Shown here piece after piece: positions 46,830-56,044 of a stretch of DNA of 57,933 nucleotides. The notes beneath the pieces were generated by a model. It had not been told where the DNA came from. It saw nothing but the letters and a program-made list of their open reading frames with translations, and ran no database searches. The DNA comes from a virus (Duplodnaviria; Caudoviricetes): positions 1-57,933 of the IMG/VR virus record IMGVR_UViG_3300028767_000024. One strand, written 5' to 3'. The position numbers were made by a program, and so were the translations under genes. Every line of letters starts with the position of its first letter. The stretch's first letter is position 1.

Positions 46830-49418
46830 TTAAAGTACCGAGTACATAAAAGTAAAATATATAGTACTTGTTTGTCCTACTCCTGCGCTTGTAAAGAAAA
46901 TTCTTGCCCTGTCATTGGTTGAATCTCCATTTATATACAGGTTTACGCTTGCTGTGCTATCCATAGTTCCGGTTCCATTCAAATCAGTTGCAGCCGACAA
47001 GTTAGATGCAACCGGAAGAGCTATGTCTACCTGGGAAGCTACGGCAAGGGTATTTGTAATCGTTACAGTTCCGAATACAGTTACTCTATTACCTACCCTC
47101 GTGTAAGTTGAGTTGTTTGGAGTTGACGAAGTAATATTGGTGACATTCGTGGTTGCTGGGGTGTAAGTACCAGAAGTAATTCCAATACTAGCCAAAGTAC
47201 TCCAACTAAGATTACCACCTGAATCACCTGTGGCTATTGTGTTTGCGGCTGCTCCTGTGGTGAATTTGGCGGTTGAAGATTGAAGTAAACCATTAAAATA
47301 CCCACTACCATTAACAGCAAGTTTATTGTTGTATATTTCAGTTCCTGAGGAGTAACCGATGCCGACGTTGCCGCTCGCTAAAAATGTCGCAAGATTACTC
47401 ACTAACCCTCCAACACCGGGAACAGCTGAATTACTAGTATTATCAATTGTTAATGCTTCAGAAACCCTATTTGCGAAAATAGAATAATGTGCAATTGCAT
47501 CACCCCTAAATTTAATTTCTCTGTTATCAATAAGAATACTTTGTGCTGTACCACCTGAACCAACAACCTGCAATTTCGCCCAAGCATCCATCGTCCCGAT
47601 GCCGACGTTGGTTCCATCCGTATAAATAGGACTATTTCCCAACCCACTTGCATCTGTAAATTTTGGTATGTAACCTGATGTGCCTGTGCCTGTGATGGGA
47701 TTGGTTAGTAATGGTTGATAATAACTACCATGCTGACCATCTAATAAATCAGCATTAAGATTTGTATTAAGAGTAGTACTTGCCACAGTCAAAGGGCTAG
47801 TACCTGTTGCAACTGTGGATTGTAGAACATTAGCCTTTGCTGTTCCGCTTATAGTTGAATTAGCAGGCTGTGTAGAAGTACCATTTTGAATGTAATTAGC
47901 AGAACCACTTGCAGGTGCAGCACCAACATTACTATAACTTAATCCATGTGCACCGAAAGCATAAGTAGTTGCGCCCGTTGCCTTAAGGAAATATCCTGTG
48001 GTTAGACCACTTACAGTATGTCCTGTGGTGTTAATTAATGCGTGTGCTGTAGGTGTCCTTGCGTCACTTAATCTTGAATCATTACCTTGCGTAAATGTAC
48101 CAGAAGTGGTTCCGAATGAACCTGCCTGTATTATACCTGCTGTACCAGTTATTAATGGTATAGAAATCGTTGTCCCTAAGTAGCCTGCATTAGTTATATT
48201 TCCATGTGTATGTGAAACGGGAGTTCTTGCATCTGACAGCCTACTGTCGTCGCCTTGAGTTATCTTGCCTGTTGTAATTCCAAAGTTTGATGCCCAATTA
48301 CCCCATCCATAAGCGGTATTGTAATTAGAATGATTATATGTAGATTCATGTCCAGATACAGCACTTGCAGCCGCACCACTTGAATCAAAATCGGTAGTTG
48401 CACTTGCAGCCGCAGTACCAAAAGTTCTTCCTTCCAAGACTGTTCCTGTTGTACTTCCCATTGGTAAATCAGATGTTGCTATTACTTTTGTTTTCAGGGA
48501 TAATGTTGCTGAATCGTAATAAGTAAACTTCCCATTAGTAGGCGTTTCCTCGATTGTAGCAATCTTTAAAAGTGAGCCAACATCCCCTACTCTTGCATAT
48601 CCGTCTTTATCAAATACAAGGTTACCATCATTCGTACCATCGTATAGTTTTGCCAGAATTCCTGCGTATTGTCCTGGCGCAAGTCCAGATACAGCTCCAT
48701 CTCTAAGTATTATTTGATCTTTTGTTGTGTAGACCTGTTCAGCATGAGTGACATAACTTACCCCTACTTGGGATATATTTTCAACATGAAGTGTACCACC
48801 TGAATCCAAACTAACTACATGCAATCCGTTTGCTATCTGGGTATCGGTATTCTGAGTATGTATTTTAGCAATTTCAGTATCCGCAACAAGTGAACTTCCC
48901 GAAACTGTATTTACTTTTAATTGAAGCTGATCGTATAGTAGTTTTGCACTTCCGTATTGAGTGTCAGTCGAACCGCTTGATATGGAAGTCACCTTATTAG
49001 ATGCGACTTCATATCCTGCGCCAGTCCAAGGCGTACCAGTTACGTAACCTACAAGTGAATGATCGCCCCAGCCGTATGCAGTTTCCCCGTGAGCAATATG
49101 GGTGTGATCGTAAGCGGCTTCATGTGCAGTCACGTCGCTGGAATATTGAACAAAATCAGCGTCTTCTATGCCACCCGTAAATCTATATTTAGTAAATGTT
49201 CGTGTAGAAAATCCTGCAATACAATCCTGAAATGATATTGTACCCGTCGGGGAAACGATGGTAATATCAACCCCAATCGGCCTATTATATGTAAGTACCC
49301 TTAATAGGTATTCCGGTATAGATTCGATGACAAAGCCATAGTCCCCCTGCCTGACATTTGACAGCTTGGCATTAAGAGGCAGTCTTGATGATACCAACAT
49401 CTGTTCTAGTGCGGTCAT
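46830..49418 (-). CDS. fibre protein (tail or head fibre)
   Basis: G/T/S-rich; QGDDSRLSDARTP twice, TAYGWG twice, STVATGTSPLTVASTT..NLNADLLDGQHG, GNVGIG, YTRVGNRVTV receptor tip. Confidence 0.8.
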   Translation of the reverse strand: MTALEQMLVSSRLPLNAKLSNVRQGDYGFVIESIPEYLLRVLTYNRPIGVDITIVSPTGTISFQDCIAGFSTRTFTKYRFTGGIEDADFVQYSSDVTAHEAAYDHTHIAHGETAYGWGDHSLVGYVTGTPWTGAGYEVASNKVTSISSGSTDTQYGSAKLLYDQLQLKVNTVSGSSLVADTEIAKIHTQNTDTQIANGLHVVSLDSGGTLHVENISQVGVSYVTHAEQVYTTKDQIILRDGAVSGLAPGQYAGILAKLYDGTNDGNLVFDKDGYARVGDVGSLLKIATIEETPTNGKFTYYDSATLSLKTKVIATSDLPMGSTTGTVLEGRTFGTAAASATTDFDSSGAAASAVSGHESTYNHSNYNTAYGWGNWASNFGITTGKITQGDDSRLSDARTPVSHTHGNITNAGYLGTTISIPLITGTAGIIQAGSFGTTSGTFTQGNDSRLSDARTPTAHALINTTGHTVSGLTTGYFLKATGATTYAFGAHGLSYSNVGAAPASGSANYIQNGTSTQPANSTISGTAKANVLQSTVATGTSPLTVASTTLNTNLNADLLDGQHGSYYQPLLTNPITGTGTSGYIPKFTDASGLGNSPIYTDGTNVGIGTMDAWAKLQVVGSGGTAQSILIDNREIKFRGDAIAHYSIFANRVSEALTIDNTSNSAVPGVGGLVSNLATFLASGNVGIGYSSGTEIYNNKLAVNGSGYFNGLLQSSTAKFTTGAAANTIATGDSGGNLSWSTLASIGITSGTYTPATTNVTNITSSTPNNSTYTRVGNRVTVFGTVTITNTLAVASQVDIALPVASNLSAATDLNGTGTMDSTASVNLYINGDSTNDRARIFFTSAGVGQTSTIYFTFMYSVL

Positions 49419-49483
49419 GTCGTAAGTTTTATTCGATAAACTTACAATTTTTTAGGTGAACTGCGAATACATTGAATTATTTT

Positions 49484-49491
49484 TATCTTTG
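49484..49491 (+). promoter_or_regulatory. Bacteroidota -7 promoter element
   Basis: TATCTTTG about 20 nt before the ATG at 49511. Confidence 0.6.
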
Positions 49492-49510
49492 GTAATTAAA
49501 ATTTACGATT

Positions 49511-49768
49511 ATGCCGTTAAAGAAGACAGCTATTTATTATCATAATCATCCTGAAGCCAGAAAAAAGAAATTATATTATGACCTGAAGTACGAGTCTACC
49601 CCGGAGCGCAAGAAATATCGGTCGTTACTCGCTATTGCTAGGCATAAAAGAGGATTAACTCATAAAGCCGGTGACTTATCACATACAAAAAATCACACGC
49701 TCGTGCTTGAAAATAGATCACGCAATCGCGCAAGGCAGGGTAGCGGAGGGGGGTCGACCTTAAAATAA
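49511..49768 (+). CDS. small basic protein with degenerate HNH-like motif
   Basis: ERKKYRSLL..AR...GDLSHTK...LVLENRSRNRARQG; only convincing + strand gene in this part of the genome. Confidence 0.6.
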   Translation: MPLKKTAIYYHNHPEARKKKLYYDLKYESTPERKKYRSLLAIARHKRGLTHKAGDLSHTKNHTLVLENRSRNRARQGSGGGSTLK

Positions 49769-49818
49769 AAAGGGCACCCGATATATAGGCACCCTTGCTT
49801 GGATTTGCAATTCAAGGC

Positions 49819-50490
49819 TTACTCAACAGTGCAGAGCACCATAAATCTTGGAACTGCATATAAGTCTTCTTCCAGCACTTTATTCAAGTCCCCCTCAATC
49901 TTATACGGACTCATTCCTACCATGATTTTAACCTGATCTCCTGCTTCCCACGGAGTAGTTGTGTTTCTTCGTGGAATTGTAGATACCGCATCTTTATCGG
50001 GTAGCTGTTTAATTTTCCATATATCAGTAATTTCCTGAGTCTTTGAATACGATAATGCAGTAACTGTTTTTGATACCGGAGATAAAAGTACATATCCGTT
50101 AATCGGCGTTATTACACCATTCCTAACCCTGATCAAAATGCCATGATAATCAATTAAAGCGTATTTCTCTCCGTCACATACAAGTATCTGCATATCCATA
50201 CAGACGGTTAAATTCCAGAATACGGTATCGCCAATTTCAAGTTCATTTTCAGTATCGTAATCGAATCCGTATCTGCTGATCAGCCTTGGTAATCTGACAA
50301 CTTCTCCGTGACGCGGAATAAAATCGGATACGTTGTGACCAGTACTGTCCGACCACGCACCTTCATGAATTGAACTCTTGATTGTAATTCCAGATTTGGT
50401 CTGCATCTCGTCAAACGTGTCCTTGATTTTGATCAGGCACTTGTTCATTACAGGACGACCTAGCCCATTGACGCTGATTTCATTCCTCAT
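49819..50490 (-). CDS. tandem two-domain GroES-like protein
   Basis: RPVMNKCLIKI..TKSGITI..GEVVRLP..ELEIGDTVFW; second unit TPINGYVLLSPV..EAGDQVKI. Confidence 0.65.
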   Translation of the reverse strand: MRNEISVNGLGRPVMNKCLIKIKDTFDEMQTKSGITIKSSIHEGAWSDSTGHNVSDFIPRHGEVVRLPRLISRYGFDYDTENELEIGDTVFWNLTVCMDMQILVCDGEKYALIDYHGILIRVRNGVITPINGYVLLSPVSKTVTALSYSKTQEITDIWKIKQLPDKDAVSTIPRRNTTTPWEAGDQVKIMVGMSPYKIEGDLNKVLEEDLYAVPRFMVLCTVE

Positions 50491-50764
50491 CCTCTACCAA
50501 AATTAAATCGTTTTGAGCAACTAAGTCCATGCCGTCAACTTTGGTTATGATTACATCATGCTTGTAAATCACGATATCACCAATTTCAACTTCCATTGGA
50601 ATACTAGGAAGTCCTCCGCCGATTTCTTTTACTACTGCCCTGATTGGCAGGTTCGATTTACTACTCATTCCTAGTGGAATAATGATACCAGCCTTAGTCG
50701 TTTGTTCCTTCTGCTTCGACTCGCAACGGAGACAAAGTATGAGAAGGTTCTTTAATTTTGTCAT
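50480..50764 (-). CDS. groES: GroES-like co-chaperonin
   Basis: EQTTKAGIIIP..AVVKEIGGG..PMEVEIGDIVIY..LVAQNDLILV. Confidence 0.8.
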   Translation of the reverse strand: MTKLKNLLILCLRCESKQKEQTTKAGIIIPLGMSSKSNLPIRAVVKEIGGGLPSIPMEVEIGDIVIYKHDVIITKVDGMDLVAQNDLILVEDEE

Positions 50765-50990
50765 CTTCGTAACTGTTTATTACAATGTCTTTTAATTTAA
50801 CGTCCTGTACTTCCCCGTTAATAGGATTAAAAATGTATGCTACCATATACTGTTCCGATGTAGCGTATTCTCCTGAGCCCTGAGAAAATGTTTCCTGACA
50901 GATGGTTATTACCTTGCATAAACAATCTGAACTAGGCTTCTCGTCGTCAGGATCCTCAAAAACTTTGATGTACGCGTCAATTATTTTCAA
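50694..50990 (-). CDS. hypothetical protein
   Basis: 98-aa ORF with TTG start, overlapping the groES-like gene. Confidence 0.45.
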   Translation of the reverse strand: MKIIDAYIKVFEDPDDEKPSSDCLCKVITICQETFSQGSGEYATSEQYMVAYIFNPINGEVQDVKLKDIVINSYEDDKIKEPSHTLSPLRVEAEGTND

Positions 50991-50991
50991 T

Positions 50992-51579
50992 TTAATTATT
51001 TTTAGTTGTTAACTTCCAGATAAATCCACCAGCCATTTCCGACCTTCCGTGTGTGCAGTTCGATATACTCGTTCCTAATATTCCAGTGTTTTCCGTAGCG
51101 TATCTTATGCAATCAAAGGTGTTGATTAATTCTCCTTTTAAATCTCTCTGTTCTACAATCTTTCGCGCAAAGCTAAATTCTCCTAGCTTACCCTTCCCTG
51201 ACGATACCCTTCCCCCAACTCTATATGCGTGAATACAATCCTCTGACTTAGTGGCCCATTCTAAATTAGACGCGTAGGGATTAAGTCTATTGCTATCTAT
51301 GTGATTAACGCATGGTTTATTTTTCGGATTAGGAATAAACGCGATTGCGACAAGTCTGTGCACCCGGTGCACCATGAATTTTCCGTTGTTGTCGGTTAGA
51401 TTTACGGTCCAGTATCCAGTAGTCGCTATTTGCTGAACCTTTAGCCTAGCTTTCATTGTGGCCAGACAGTATCCTCTCCTCACCTGTCTCTCGTATCTCC
51501 AAACCCTACCAAGATTACTAACCTGATATAACCCTTCATAACCAACTACATCTTTCCAAATTTCTTCTTGATTTTCCAT
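50992..51579 (-). CDS. NUMOD4-HNH-NUMOD1 homing endonuclease
   Basis: EIWKDVVGYEGLYQVSNLGRV; VHRLVAIAFIPNP..VNHIDSNRLN..SNLEW; VEQRDLKGELINTFDCI..AGGFIWK; true start probably the ATG at 51579. Confidence 0.9.
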   Translation of the reverse strand: MENQEEIWKDVVGYEGLYQVSNLGRVWRYERQVRRGYCLATMKARLKVQQIATTGYWTVNLTDNNGKFMVHRVHRLVAIAFIPNPKNKPCVNHIDSNRLNPYASNLEWATKSEDCIHAYRVGGRVSSGKGKLGEFSFARKIVEQRDLKGELINTFDCIRYATENTGILGTSISNCTHGRSEMAGGFIWKLTTKNN

Positions 51580-51581
51580 AT

Positions 51582-51686
51582 TAAAATACCCATACCAATC
51601 ACAAGGGCGATCCAGTCCTGCGAAGTTGCAGATAGGCAATGTGACTAATATGGGATTTTTAAATGTTTTCATAACTGAATCGCGAT
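51582..51686 (-). ncRNA. candidate structured leader RNA B (pseudoknot + long hairpin)
   Basis: 5' GCGATTCAGT pairs with ACTGGATCGC in the loop of the 15-bp stem CCCATATTAGTCACA/TGTGATTGGTATGGG, then TATTTT. Confidence 0.55.
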
Positions 51687-51687
51687 A

Positions 51688-51695
51688 CAAAGATA
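51688..51695 (-). promoter_or_regulatory. Bacteroidota -7 promoter element
   Basis: TATCTTTG directly before leader B. Confidence 0.65.
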
Positions 51696-51706
51696 TAAAA
51701 ATATTT

Positions 51707-52204
51707 CTACTTAGTGAAATTAAAGCGTAATTTTTCAATCGACTCCTCAGCCTTTTCGATAGCTTCAATAACTTCGGCATCAGTACATTCATCTGAAAGA
51801 AATGCATTAGCTCTATCCATGAGCCTGACAAATACTGCATTTTGTTCATGGATAATACCGTAGAGTCCGTAATCCTTGGCAGTAGAAAAATTATTGCGCG
51901 TATTGGATTCTTCTTCCTGGTGTTCAAAACACGTTTTCAAATACTTATCAACCATCTGTTTAAATGGTGCATCGTATTCAGACCTGTCGTCCAGAACTCT
52001 TTTACTATGGGAAACAGAACAATGCCCTTTTAATCCAAATCTTTTTGCATTATCGTCCTGACACATCCTATGGCTCTGTTCCACATAAACCATACATAGC
52101 ATCCTGGCAAGGACTTCTTCTCCTTTCCTGGTCTTGGTAAACATTTTTTGAATGTTCGCCCCGGTCGTCTTTGCAGCTAAAAGCTCATGAAATTTATAGG
52201 TCAT
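51707..52204 (-). CDS. protein with DnaA C-terminal (domain IV)-like HTH
   Basis: KTRKGEEVLARMLCM...RFGLKGHCSVSHS mirrors the DnaA domain IV pattern KxRxxxIVxARQxAMY..FGxRDHxTVxH. Confidence 0.6.
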   Translation of the reverse strand: MTYKFHELLAAKTTGANIQKMFTKTRKGEEVLARMLCMVYVEQSHRMCQDDNAKRFGLKGHCSVSHSKRVLDDRSEYDAPFKQMVDKYLKTCFEHQEEESNTRNNFSTAKDYGLYGIIHEQNAVFVRLMDRANAFLSDECTDAEVIEAIEKAEESIEKLRFNFTK

Positions 52205-52215
52205 CTTATTATTAA

Positions 52216-52998
52216 TTAGAGATCATAAAAAGATAAAATGGATGACAATTTTTTATTCAGCACACAGTAGGCGCACTTACCACAAGGCGTACTCGGAATA
52301 TCGTGATTCTTTACCGCCATCACATGATCAATATTCATCCTTACCTGCTCTAGTGCCATATCCATTTCGAGAACCGGGACCTCAATTATTTCAATGTCGA
52401 TTGGGTTTTCCTTAGATATTGCAGCAATGAATGCAGGGAGAAGTTCCCCTGTGTTAATTCTCACGATTTCTCGGTAGATTGCTAATTGCTGACAGTATCC
52501 GCCGGCTTCAATGAAGTTTACTTTCATGTTGCCGTTCCATACACGTTCACGGATTGATTTCGTGGTTTTTAAGTCCACTAGACATCTGCCGGGATGATAG
52601 GAGTCAATCTTGATTTTCCACGGCACATTAAACATTACGCCAGTCATAATGACTTGTTTTTGCCCGTTCATAAAATCCATGAAGAACTCGTCGGATTCGG
52701 CTCTTGCGATCATTTCTTCTGCTAATTTAAAGGGGGCTTTTAACTCGCCTTTAAGGGTAAACATATCATTGTTTAAAAACTTAAATTCAGGAAGCGTATG
52801 TTCAAAATGAGCGTCACAAAAACTCCCAATCTGAAATGCTATATTCGGTTCATCTACCCATTCGCCACGAAGTTTTGCTAATGCCATACTTTCACATCCG
52901 GGATATATTCCACTTCCAATAAATGAGTTATATTGAGAATTGGACATATAAAGGGCGTCTGATTCTTTGCTGAAGTAGTTATCTTTGGTCAGTATCAT
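52216..52998 (-). CDS. PD-(D/E)XK exonuclease (DUF3799/RecE-like)
   Basis: LTKDNYFS..YMSNSQY; WKIKIDS..LVDLKTT; GYCQQLAIYR; C-terminal CGKCAYC. Confidence 0.8.
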   Translation of the reverse strand: MILTKDNYFSKESDALYMSNSQYNSFIGSGIYPGCESMALAKLRGEWVDEPNIAFQIGSFCDAHFEHTLPEFKFLNNDMFTLKGELKAPFKLAEEMIARAESDEFFMDFMNGQKQVIMTGVMFNVPWKIKIDSYHPGRCLVDLKTTKSIRERVWNGNMKVNFIEAGGYCQQLAIYREIVRINTGELLPAFIAAISKENPIDIEIIEVPVLEMDMALEQVRMNIDHVMAVKNHDIPSTPCGKCAYCVLNKKLSSILSFYDL

Positions 52999-54221
52999 AG
53001 CGCCTCAATTTTAGTAACCGCCCATTTTTTGAATAGCTCAAATTTAGCATCGATTTCTTGCGCTACGATAATGGATTCCATGTTTGAAAGCTTCAGTTCG
53101 GGAAGAGTGCAATTGTTAATCCATAGAACCATTTTTGTCTTGTCGGGCGCTTTTAATGCCTGTTTTTCGGCAGCAATACGTTCAGCCTCCTTTATCTTAG
53201 CTTCGGCTAATACTCTTCGTTCTTCGGCTTCTTTCTTGGCAATTTGATCCTGTAATGCTTTCCGCTCTGCCTCAGCTTTTTCTCTTTCGATTCTTGCCTT
53301 TTCTTCGATAGCATCCTGAATTCGTTTTGCTTCTGCACGCTCTTTGGCGAGAATGGCGTCCTGTTTTTCTTTTTCGATACGAGCCTTTTTGTCAGCTTCC
53401 GCTTTCTGTTTTGCGAGTAGATCGGCCTGACGTTTCCGTTCTGCCTCGGCCTTCTTTTCTCTTTCGATAGCTTCGGCTTTCAGCCTTTCGTTCTCCTGAT
53501 GGATTCGCGCCTGTTCAGTTTCGTATGCCGTCTTTTTGCCTTCGAGATATATAAGATGCTGAGTATAATCTTCGGTTGACATTATACCAAGATTAACCAC
53601 TGAGTATATTTCCTCCTGAAATTGAATGTACTTATACAACTCAACCTGCCGTTCTCTTCCGAGTTTATCAATGCGTTCGTTCTCAATAAGTAATTCTTCA
53701 GCTTCCCTATCAGCTTTAACTTTTGCATCGAAAGCTACTTTAATTCCAACCAAGTAGTTCTGATAAATACTTTCGGGCATCTCGCCTAATCGATCAGGAA
53801 GTAGAAATTCAGAAGTGTATTGAAGCAATTCCACCTTCCGTTCTGCCGCAATCTTAGCAATCTTCTCGGCTTCCTGAATGGCAAAGTGTTTCTCAATCTT
53901 TTCCAGGTTCTCTTCCATCTGCTCAACCGGTAGTGTTTCCTTATTCTTCCACGCATCAACAAACTGTCCGGCACGAAGGAAGTACGCTTTCTGTGTTTTA
54001 TGAATTTCGCCGATACCGGTTCTGACTTTGACTAATTTCAACCTGAGTTCCCGTGCTTCAATGCAGGTTTCTTTATTAATCTCCTTGGTTAAAAGAAGAT
54101 TGTAAACTTCCTGATAACCTTCGCGTTCTGCAATCTTGGGTAAAAACGCTTTTTCGATTTCAACTGCGCTTGAATCTGACAACCCGTATTCTTTTGGGTC
54201 AACTTTTGCTAATTCGTTCAT
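52995..54221 (-). CDS. long coiled-coil protein of recombination module
   Basis: E/K/A/R-rich; ARELRLKLVKVRTGI..HKTQK. Confidence 0.65.
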   Translation of the reverse strand: MNELAKVDPKEYGLSDSSAVEIEKAFLPKIAEREGYQEVYNLLLTKEINKETCIEARELRLKLVKVRTGIGEIHKTQKAYFLRAGQFVDAWKNKETLPVEQMEENLEKIEKHFAIQEAEKIAKIAAERKVELLQYTSEFLLPDRLGEMPESIYQNYLVGIKVAFDAKVKADREAEELLIENERIDKLGRERQVELYKYIQFQEEIYSVVNLGIMSTEDYTQHLIYLEGKKTAYETEQARIHQENERLKAEAIEREKKAEAERKRQADLLAKQKAEADKKARIEKEKQDAILAKERAEAKRIQDAIEEKARIEREKAEAERKALQDQIAKKEAEERRVLAEAKIKEAERIAAEKQALKAPDKTKMVLWINNCTLPELKLSNMESIIVAQEIDAKFELFKKWAVTKIEAL

Positions 54222-54238
54222 GTCTGTACTGTCTTAGA

Positions 54239-55057
54239 TTAATTTACCTCTTCCGGTTTAACTTCTTCCTTCTTGGTTTCTTTGGACAGAGGATTGACTA
54301 CTTCATGTTTGGTCTTAGCCTTACGAAATGCGGTATCTACATCTGTATCTCCGTCCTTGATTGCAGTTCCAATTCCGATGAGAACCACCAAGTCGTCAGG
54401 TGTAATGTGATCGATTGAAGCCTTACCGATTGCACCAAGAATTTCAGCTTCGGTTAATGAATACGAATCTTTCAGCGCATCAATTACCTGTTTTCTTCGG
54501 GTAAGCAATTTGGTCTTATCGGATACGTCGCCGGTAATCTTACTTTTAGCCTCGTTATAAACTTTATCTACGATGGCTTTAGGGATAACGGACAAGATGG
54601 CGTTACGAAGCGCGATTGAATTACCGGCATTTCCTGTCACGACGATCATGTCGTCATTCATTCTGCCGGTCTTTGTCATGATCGATCGCTTAACCTCAAC
54701 CTTTATTGCGAGGTTATTTTCAAGATCAAAACATACTGCCTGACATGTTACTTGCTTTGCATCCACTCCAATAACCTTGGCCTCAATTCTCAGGTTTCCC
54801 CAACTCTGGGCAAGAATTTTTGCAAGATGAACACTTGGGCCGGTAATTGACTTACCTCCTCTTGGCACCGAATAAGTACATGTTGCTGCCGTTTCCTTAT
54901 CGAGAGTAACCACAGCTATTGCATTCTCAATTGCCCGTTTCATATTTCTCCCGTACAGCTTTGCAGTAGCAATCTGAACGTCAATCTGAGCCTTGTCCTG
55001 CGAATAAACTATATCCGCATTTACTTCTTCTACGTGAACTAAATCTTCTGATTCCAT
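54239..55057 (-). CDS. putative single-strand annealing/recombination protein
   Basis: IDVQIATAK..CTYSVPRGGKSITGPSVHLA..WGNL..DLENN; a family usually found next to phage exonucleases. Confidence 0.55.
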   Translation of the reverse strand: MESEDLVHVEEVNADIVYSQDKAQIDVQIATAKLYGRNMKRAIENAIAVVTLDKETAATCTYSVPRGGKSITGPSVHLAKILAQSWGNLRIEAKVIGVDAKQVTCQAVCFDLENNLAIKVEVKRSIMTKTGRMNDDMIVVTGNAGNSIALRNAILSVIPKAIVDKVYNEAKSKITGDVSDKTKLLTRRKQVIDALKDSYSLTEAEILGAIGKASIDHITPDDLVVLIGIGTAIKDGDTDVDTAFRKAKTKHEVVNPLSKETKKEEVKPEEVN

Positions 55058-55078
55058 GTCTATTTATTTATTGGTTAA

Positions 55079-55309
55079 TTATTCTCCATCTTCAAAATAA
55101 CCTTCTTTTCTAAGGCAGTCGTCGCATTTGTAAAATATACAATCTACCTCATCATGAAGTTTTTTATCAAACCTAAATCCGGTAACTTCATTTCGTGATT
55201 CGTAGGTCGTTTCATTTCCGCAGAAATGACAGGGCGGATCATCTTCCTGGTTCCAAGGAGCGTCTGGACTAAAATATGCGCCTGCCGGGTAATAGTCTGC
55301 TTCTGTCAT
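55079..55309 (-). CDS. small zinc-finger protein
   Basis: YPAGA..PDAPWN; CHFCG...CDDC. Confidence 0.65.
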   Translation of the reverse strand: MTEADYYPAGAYFSPDAPWNQEDDPPCHFCGNETTYESRNEVTGFRFDKKLHDEVDCIFYKCDDCLRKEGYFEDGE

Positions 55310-55506
55310 TTTGTATGAATTTTATCAAGTTCTGCTGTAAGTTTATAAATTTCTGATATAGCAAAGTTAATACCATCAATTTTTGCTTGAATTCTTATCA
55401 CAAAAGAAGAATTGTCTTTCCACTGTTCTTGTTCTTTCTTTAAATCCAATTCCCAACAACTACGTTGGTAGGTTAATGTCCTGATCAAATAGTCTAAGTA
55501 TTCCAT
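55306..55506 (-). CDS. hypothetical protein
   Basis: 66-aa coupled ORF. Confidence 0.6.
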   Translation of the reverse strand: MEYLDYLIRTLTYQRSCWELDLKKEQEQWKDNSSFVIRIQAKIDGINFAISEIYKLTAELDKIHTK

Positions 55507-55517
55507 TTTACTTACTT

Positions 55518-55823
55518 TTAAATTAAATTAGCCTTCAACCACCGTTCGCCTTTCCATCCTTTTATCCATTGATTGTTGTCACAGAATAAAACGGAACCTG
55601 CCTTTGGATAAAATACAACTCTACCCCATTCATTAGTGTAAATTTTAATCCTATCCTCATATTCTTCAACTAAATATAACGCCCTTAATGCAGGCATAAC
55701 TTCTTCTTCGAACTTCTCTTTCCTTTCGGCTCTTTCAATCTTTCTAATCCAATTACAATCCCGTTCGTCATTGTCTGAATTATCCTCGGACATCTGCTGT
55801 TTTAACCGCTCTGATTCCTTCAT
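55518..55823 (-). CDS. hypothetical protein
   Basis: 101-aa ORF. Confidence 0.65.
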   Translation of the reverse strand: MKESERLKQQMSEDNSDNDERDCNWIRKIERAERKEKFEEEVMPALRALYLVEEYEDRIKIYTNEWGRVVFYPKAGSVLFCDNNQWIKGWKGERWLKANLI

Positions 55824-55960
55824 TTTAATCCTTTTAAAATGTTTATCGCAACATCAATTGCTTCTCCTATTTCTTTCGGACCAGGTAACTCTACATCGTC
55901 ACTACCCCTGCGCCATTTATTGTAAATTACCAGTATTTTTAATGCTTCTTGTAGGTTCAT
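55820..55960 (-). CDS. hypothetical protein (46 aa; below ORF-track cutoff)
   Basis: MNLQEALKILVIYNKWRRGSDDVELPGPKEIGEAIDVAINILKGLK; promoter upstream, ATGA overlap downstream. Confidence 0.7.
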   Translation of the reverse strand: MNLQEALKILVIYNKWRRGSDDVELPGPKEIGEAIDVAINILKGLK

Positions 55961-55980
55961 ATCGTTGAATTATTTCTGCA

Positions 55981-55988
55981 CAAATATA
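55981..55988 (-). promoter_or_regulatory. Bacteroidota -7 promoter element
   Basis: TATATTTG on - strand, intergenic. Confidence 0.6.
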
Positions 55989-56044
55989 TATATATTTATT
56001 GACTTGGCAATGGGTAATCGTAGTTTAAAATGATTATAAATAGT

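Noticed and set aside
51580-51927. N-terminal extension of the 311-aa HNH ORF
   Set aside because: It overlaps the upstream gene, a promoter and the structured leader; the NUMOD4 domain starts at the ATG at 51579
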